Part shown: one piece after another, positions 59,657-64,000 of the stretch | Numbering within the stretch: position 1 is the first letter of the stretch | Layout: every line of letters starts with the position of its first letter | Assembly: GCA_947475545.1 (NCBI GenBank) | Contig: CANJLL010000002.1 | Span: 144,950 to 208,949, forward strand | DNA length: 64,000 bases | Reading direction: 5' to 3' | Source: Chloroflexota bacterium | Lineage (GTDB): Bacteria; Chloroflexota; Limnocylindria; Limnocylindrales; CSP1-4 | Translations under genes and position numbers: made by a program | The notes under the pieces: generated by a model | What the model was told of the DNA's origin: nothing | The model's input: only the letters and a program-made list of their open reading frames with translations | Databases searched by the model: none

Positions 59657-62600
59657 TCAAGCGACCGAGGCGCGCGGGCCAACCACCTTTGCCAGGCGCT
59701 CGGCGAGCCGGGCATTCGCACGGCGGCGCACGCGGCGACGGTGCAGCGCCGAGGCGGCCACCGAGACAGCCGAGAGGAGCAGCAACGGGACCAATCCGAC
59801 GAGACCGCCCGGGTCGTCGCCGAGGAGGCCGCCGAGCCCCAGCCAGCGACCGGGGTGTCCGGCCTCACCGTTCGCCGCGGCAGGGTCTGCGACTGGGTCC
59901 GGGTCGACCGGGCCCACGCCCGGGCCGGCGATGGCCCGCGGCTCGCCCAGGTCGCCGACCCGCACCAGCCCGTCCGGGCTCGTGACCTCGACCGCCCAGT
60001 CATCCGTATGGCCCTGCCGGGCGACGACGAGGCCCACGGCATTCACGGCGTCCCCGGGCTCGAGCAGACCGGCGAAGGCTGCGGCATCGCCCCGGAGGAG
60101 GACGGCGGCCAGCGCCGTGCCGTCGTCCAGCCCGAAGCTATCGCCTGCCGGCTCCGCGACCAGCCCGCCGACGCGGACGTATTCGCCGACGTGCTCCGCC
60201 AATGCCGCCAGGTCGACATCGGGGGCGGACTGGGCGGCGCCGGCCAGCACGGCGCCGTCCCGTGCGCTCGCGTTGCCGCCCCCCGGGCTTGACGCCCCAT
60301 TGGATCCGCCCATGGCGGTCGCACCACCGGCGGGCACCGACCTGCTCGTCAGGGCCAGCCCGAGATCCTTCGGGCCACGCGGCACCAGGCCGAAACGCTG
60401 GTCCGAGGCTCCCGGGTAGGGCCGGCGGACGATCCCGATGACGGTCGCCTGGCGCCCGGCGACCAGTGCGGTCGATGGGATCCCGGCCCCGGGCAGCCCA
60501 TCGACCAGGACCCGCTGCCCGCCGACGGACAGCTCGGCGCGCCAGCGGCTGCCCAGGCGACTCACCGAGGCGACGATGCCGGCTGTCCGGGCCAGCCGCC
60601 ATTCGAGTGCCGTCCCCGGTTGGCCGGTGAGCGGGGCGGGTTCCGGGGTGCTGGTCGCGGCGATGACCTGCACCGCGCTGGCACGGATCCGCGGCGCACC
60701 GTAGGCGCGCGTCATCGTCCCGACGACACGCAGGCGCTGGCCCAACGGCGGCGCCACGGTCCCGATCGGGAGGAGGACCTCCACCGCGCCGGACGCATCC
60801 TGCACGACGATGCGCCGGCCGGTGGCGTCCAGCAGCGACGCCGGGATCGTGACGGTGCCTTCCACGACGACGGTGGCATCCAGCTGGGTGATGGCCCGCG
60901 CAATCGGGATCGCCGGCACCTGAGTTGGCGCGGCCGACGGCGTTGGGACCGGCGTGCCCAGGACCACGATATCGAGGATGTCGCGGAGCCAGACCCGGTA
61001 GCCGTCGAGCGCGTCCTTGCGGGACGCCCGTTGACCGACGACCCCGACCAGGCGATACGAGCGCCCGGCTCGCACGGCGGTGGTCGTGAGACCGCTGGAG
61101 GCGTCGGCCATGACGCGTACTCGGCCGCCCTGGGCATCGATGACGTCGAACGAGATGTCGTGGCTGGTGGACCGCCACGGCGTCGCAGCGACGGTCCCCT
61201 CGATCGAGAGGAGGCGGGCCTCGGTCCCCTCGCCGATCGCCGACGCCCGGGTGAGCAGCGGAGTGGGCAGCGCGGCGCTGGCAATGACCCGGAGCCCGTC
61301 TCCGGCCAGCTTGACCTCGAGCTGCCCGTTGGGGGCGGCGAGCGTCCCACGCACCTCTACCCGGCTGCCGCGCGGGGGAGCCGACGCGCCGTCGGCGAGG
61401 TGGAGGACCACGGCGGCCGTTCCGTCCTCAATGGCGAGGAGGTCCGGCGTCCCGAGCCGCCCTGCCTCCGCGGTGACAATGCCGGCGACGGCGACCACGC
61501 TCCCAACCGAGCGCGCCCGGGCCGTCCCGATGCCGATCAGGTCGGACGGCGTCGGCGATGGCGTGGGCGTGGGCGTTGGGTTGGGGGTTGGCATTGGGCT
61601 GGGGGCTAGCGTTGGGCTGGGAGTTGGGTCGGGGGTTGGCGTTGGCGTGGGGCTGGGGGTTGGTGCAGGGCTGGGAGTTGGGGCAGGCGTCGGGCTGGGG
61701 GTTGGCGTCGGCGTTGGGCTGGGGCTGGGGGTTGGCAGCGTCGCGACCAGGTCGCCAGGCAGCGTGACCATGAGCCGGTAGCCGGACGCCCCCGTGCCCG
61801 TGCTGTCGCGCTGACCGACCGAGCCCGCCGCAACGATCGTGGACCCTGGCGGGATCGTTGCCGACCCGAGCGCATCGGGGGCAACGATCACCCGCACCGA
61901 GCCACTGCCGTCGTCCACGAGGATCCCGGTCCCGTCCGCGTAGGCCGTCGCCGCCCCGATGGTGACCCCGACGACCGTCACGCGCCGGCCCTCCACGGTC
62001 TCGCCGACCTGACCCGTGGGCAGGGCCGGCGCGGCCGGCAAGGCACCCGGGCCCAGGTCCTCGATCGCGGTCAGCGCCACCCGGAGGGTCCGCGCGCCGT
62101 ACCGCTCGTCAATCGTGCCGCCGGCGCGGATCAGCGTGCCGGCCGGCCAAGGGGTCGGCGGCGCCCCGTCCAGGTAGAGCGCGATTCCGCCGGTCGCATC
62201 CTCCACGAAGGCCGACCGACCATCCTCGAGCAGCCCGAGCGGCGTCGTGAGCACCCCCACGATGGTGGCCGATTCGCCGGCTGGCAGCGCCCGGGCATCC
62301 GCGATCGCGGTCGGCGTGGGAATGGGGGTTGGCGTGGGGGTGGGGACCGGCCTCGGGGTTGGCGTCGGGTTCGGCGTCGGGGCAGGGGTCGGGTCCGGCA
62401 CGGGTGTCGGCGCGGGGGTTGGGGTTGGGGTGGGCCCCACCGTGGGAGCCGGCGTCGGACTCGGCACCGGGTCCGGCGTCGGGATCGGGGTCGGGATCGG
62501 GGTCGGGATGGGCGTCGGGGTGGGGCTGGGCGAGGGATCCGGCGCGGTGGTCGGAGCCGCGGAGGGCGCCGGCGAGGGGGCGATTGTGGTACCCGGCGTG

Positions 62601-63352
62601 GGGCTGGAGGTGGGGATGGGCGACGCCGACGGCGTGGGACTCGGCGTTGGCGCCGGCGTGGGCAATGGGGTGGGCCACGGGTCCGGGCTGGGGCTGGCCG
62701 AGGCGGAGGGCACCGGCACCGGCGGCGCGGCGAGCGGCTGCGGGCTGGGCGCTCCCTGCACGAGCCAGTCCGTGGCGTTGTCGTTGGTATCCACGCCGTT
62801 GCCGTCGATGGCGCCCGGGCGGCGCTCCAGGCTGGAGCCGGGTGGCGGCGCGGGCGCCGCGGCACCCTCCACAAACGAGCTGACGGTATCGCCCCAGCCG
62901 ATGGCGTCGACGGGAGCACCGCCGATCCGGCGCAGGACGATCGCCCCGCCGGTCGCCGCCAGGCCGCCGCTGTACACGGCGTCGGCGACTGGCGAATGGA
63001 GACCCGCCCCATTCGCAATCAGCAGGTGCCGCCCGGGATCCAGGAGCAGTGCCGATGTCCAGCTGGCCTTGCGCGTGATGGTGGCGCCGCTGGAGGTCAC
63101 GTAGGCCACCTCCAGGCCTGCGAGGTCAACTGGCACCGACCCGGCGTTCGTGAGCTCCACGAACTCGTCGGACGCCGACGCACCCCCGGTCTGGACCTCC
63201 GAGACCAGAAGCGTCGAGACAGGCCAGGCGACGGCCGCAGCCGGTCTGGCCAGCAGCAGCCGGGCGGCCGGCGCAGACGTGCCCGCGACCACCAGGGCGA
63301 GGGCAAGGACGAAGAAGATGGCAGCAACTGTGGCGCGCCGGGCGCGATCCAT
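59657..63352 (-). CDS. giant cell-surface protein: signal peptide, lamin-tail domain (LTD), several PT-linker-separated OB-fold-like repeats, C-terminal TM anchor with basic tail
   Basis: ATG at 63352 with [48 protein letters not shown]. Long PTPTPSPTP linkers. C-terminus ...[25 protein letters not shown]. Confidence 0.85.
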   Translation of the reverse strand: MDRARRATVAAIFFVLALALVVAGTSAPAARLLLARPAAAVAWPVSTLLVSEVQTGGASASDEFVELTNAGSVPVDLAGLEVAYVTSSGATITRKASWTSALLLDPGRHLLIANGAGLHSPVADAVYSGGLAATGGAIVLRRIGGAPVDAIGWGDTVSSFVEGAAAPAPPPGSSLERRPGAIDGNGVDTNDNATDWLVQGAPSPQPLAAPPVPVPSASASPSPDPWPTPLPTPAPTPSPTPSASPIPTSSPTPGTTIAPSPAPSAAPTTAPDPSPSPTPTPIPTPIPTPIPTPDPVPSPTPAPTVGPTPTPTPAPTPVPDPTPAPTPNPTPTPRPVPTPTPTPIPTPTAIADARALPAGESATIVGVLTTPLGLLEDGRSAFVEDATGGIALYLDGAPPTPWPAGTLIRAGGTIDERYGARTLRVALTAIEDLGPGALPAAPALPTGQVGETVEGRRVTVVGVTIGAATAYADGTGILVDDGSGSVRVIVAPDALGSATIPPGSTIVAAGSVGQRDSTGTGASGYRLMVTLPGDLVATLPTPSPSPTPTPTPSPTPAPTPSPAPTPSPTPTPTPDPTPSPTLAPSPMPTPNPTPTPTPSPTPSDLIGIGTARARSVGSVVAVAGIVTAEAGRLGTPDLLAIEDGTAAVVLHLADGASAPPRGSRVEVRGTLAAPNGQLEVKLAGDGLRVIASAALPTPLLTRASAIGEGTEARLLSIEGTVAATPWRSTSHDISFDVIDAQGGRVRVMADASSGLTTTAVRAGRSYRLVGVVGQRASRKDALDGYRVWLRDILDIVVLGTPVPTPSAAPTQVPAIPIARAITQLDATVVVEGTVTIPASLLDATGRRIVVQDASGAVEVLLPIGTVAPPLGQRLRVVGTMTRAYGAPRIRASAVQVIAATSTPEPAPLTGQPGTALEWRLARTAGIVASVSRLGSRWRAELSVGGQRVLVDGLPGAGIPSTALVAGRQATVIGIVRRPYPGASDQRFGLVPRGPKDLGLALTSRSVPAGGATAMGGSNGASSPGGGNASARDGAVLAGAAQSAPDVDLAALAEHVGEYVRVGGLVAEPAGDSFGLDDGTALAAVLLRGDAAAFAGLLEPGDAVNAVGLVVARQGHTDDWAVEVTSPDGLVRVGDLGEPRAIAGPGVGPVDPDPVADPAAANGEAGHPGRWLGLGGLLGDDPGGLVGLVPLLLLSAVSVAASALHRRRVRRRANARLAERLAKVVGPRASVA

Positions 63353-63570
63353 CGACGACCTCCTGGCGGGGAGCTGGGGTGCCCGGGCGGAACGGACCGG
63401 CCAGTTCTACCAGCCCGCGCTTACCTGCTACCAAACCGGGCGGTCGGCAGCGCCGTCTGCTCCGTCGTTCGCGTACGATGCCGTCCTCGCTCACGCGCGC
63501 CGTCGCCTCGCTCCGCCGGCGCCCGAGCCTCGCGCCCAAGACTTCGCCCCAGACCCAGCCAGGAGGCACC

Positions 63571-64000
63571 GTGGCTCGCGCCAAGCGCACAGATCTTGAT
63601 CGGGCCGACGCTCGTCGTCGCTACCGGGCCGCCATCGCGGCCGATCCCACGACCACCGACGCCGAGACGGGCGAGGAGGCCGGTGCGACCATGCCGACCA
63701 CCCGTCCGGCCGCCCGACCGTCTGGCACCCGTGCCGGCGCACCGCCGATGGCCCCCAGGATGGGGATCGTCGCCGCCGCGCGGGCCGCGTATCGACCCGT
63801 CCACGTCCGGCAGGACCTGCGCGGCCTGCCCGCGCTGGTGCTCCATCGCGCCGTCTGGATCCCGATGGTCCTGGCCGTCGTGTCGATGGTCGCGGCAGTC
63901 ATCACCGGACCCGGCAACCAGGTCGTCTGGTTCGCCTTCACGGTCTTCACGCTCCCGCCGGCCATGGCAGGCGTGTTCATCGCCGGCTTCTTCGCGCCCA
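63571..64000 (+). CDS. membrane protein, 5' part (runs off window end)
   Basis: GTG at 63571 preceded by AGGAGG. The open frame to position 64000 reads MARAKRTDLDRADARRRYRAA...VWIPMVLAVVSMVAAVITGPGNQVVWFAFTVF. Confidence 0.55.
   Translation, partial: MARAKRTDLDRADARRRYRAAIAADPTTTDAETGEEAGATMPTTRPAARPSGTRAGAPPMAPRMGIVAAARAAYRPVHVRQDLRGLPALVLHRAVWIPMVLAVVSMVAAVITGPGNQVVWFAFTVFTLPPAMAGVFIAGFFAP

Overview
High-GC (~70%) bacterial chromosomal window, probably Actinomycetota- or Chloroflexota-like: GTG starts are frequent and many genes overlap as ATGA/GTGA, which suggests operons. The right ~20 kb is core housekeeping (lepA-hemW-CPBP protease, an orphan OmpR-type regulator, phoU, a cNMP-binding protein, pstBACS, rpsT, gap-pgk-eno, a ROK kinase, a nucleoside phosphorylase) plus a ~1230-aa lamin-tail-domain surface protein. 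The left and middle ~35 kb look accessory. They hold a Fic/mobile-mystery-protein module whose second Fic gene is translationally coupled to a membrane class III nucleotidyl cyclase. They hold a divergent four-gene candidate defense island: an SRA-like modified-base reader plus a NERD-DUF2075 helicase, opposite a RecQ-PRTase fusion plus a DprA-like protein. Next to it sits an array of four type II toxin-antitoxin pairs (three PIN, one MazF). Two genes are interrupted by in-frame stop codons (an HD hydrolase and an amidohydrolase). There is also a MerR-VWA-phosphatase operon and a LiaF-PspC-histidine-kinase stress module with no adjacent response regulator. I recognised no rRNA, tRNA, CRISPR array, transposase or integrase. 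Coordinates come from the ORF track, with starts refined by reading the sequence. A few hand-indexed positions may be off by 1-3 nt. All family assignments are from motifs seen in the translations, not from database searches.
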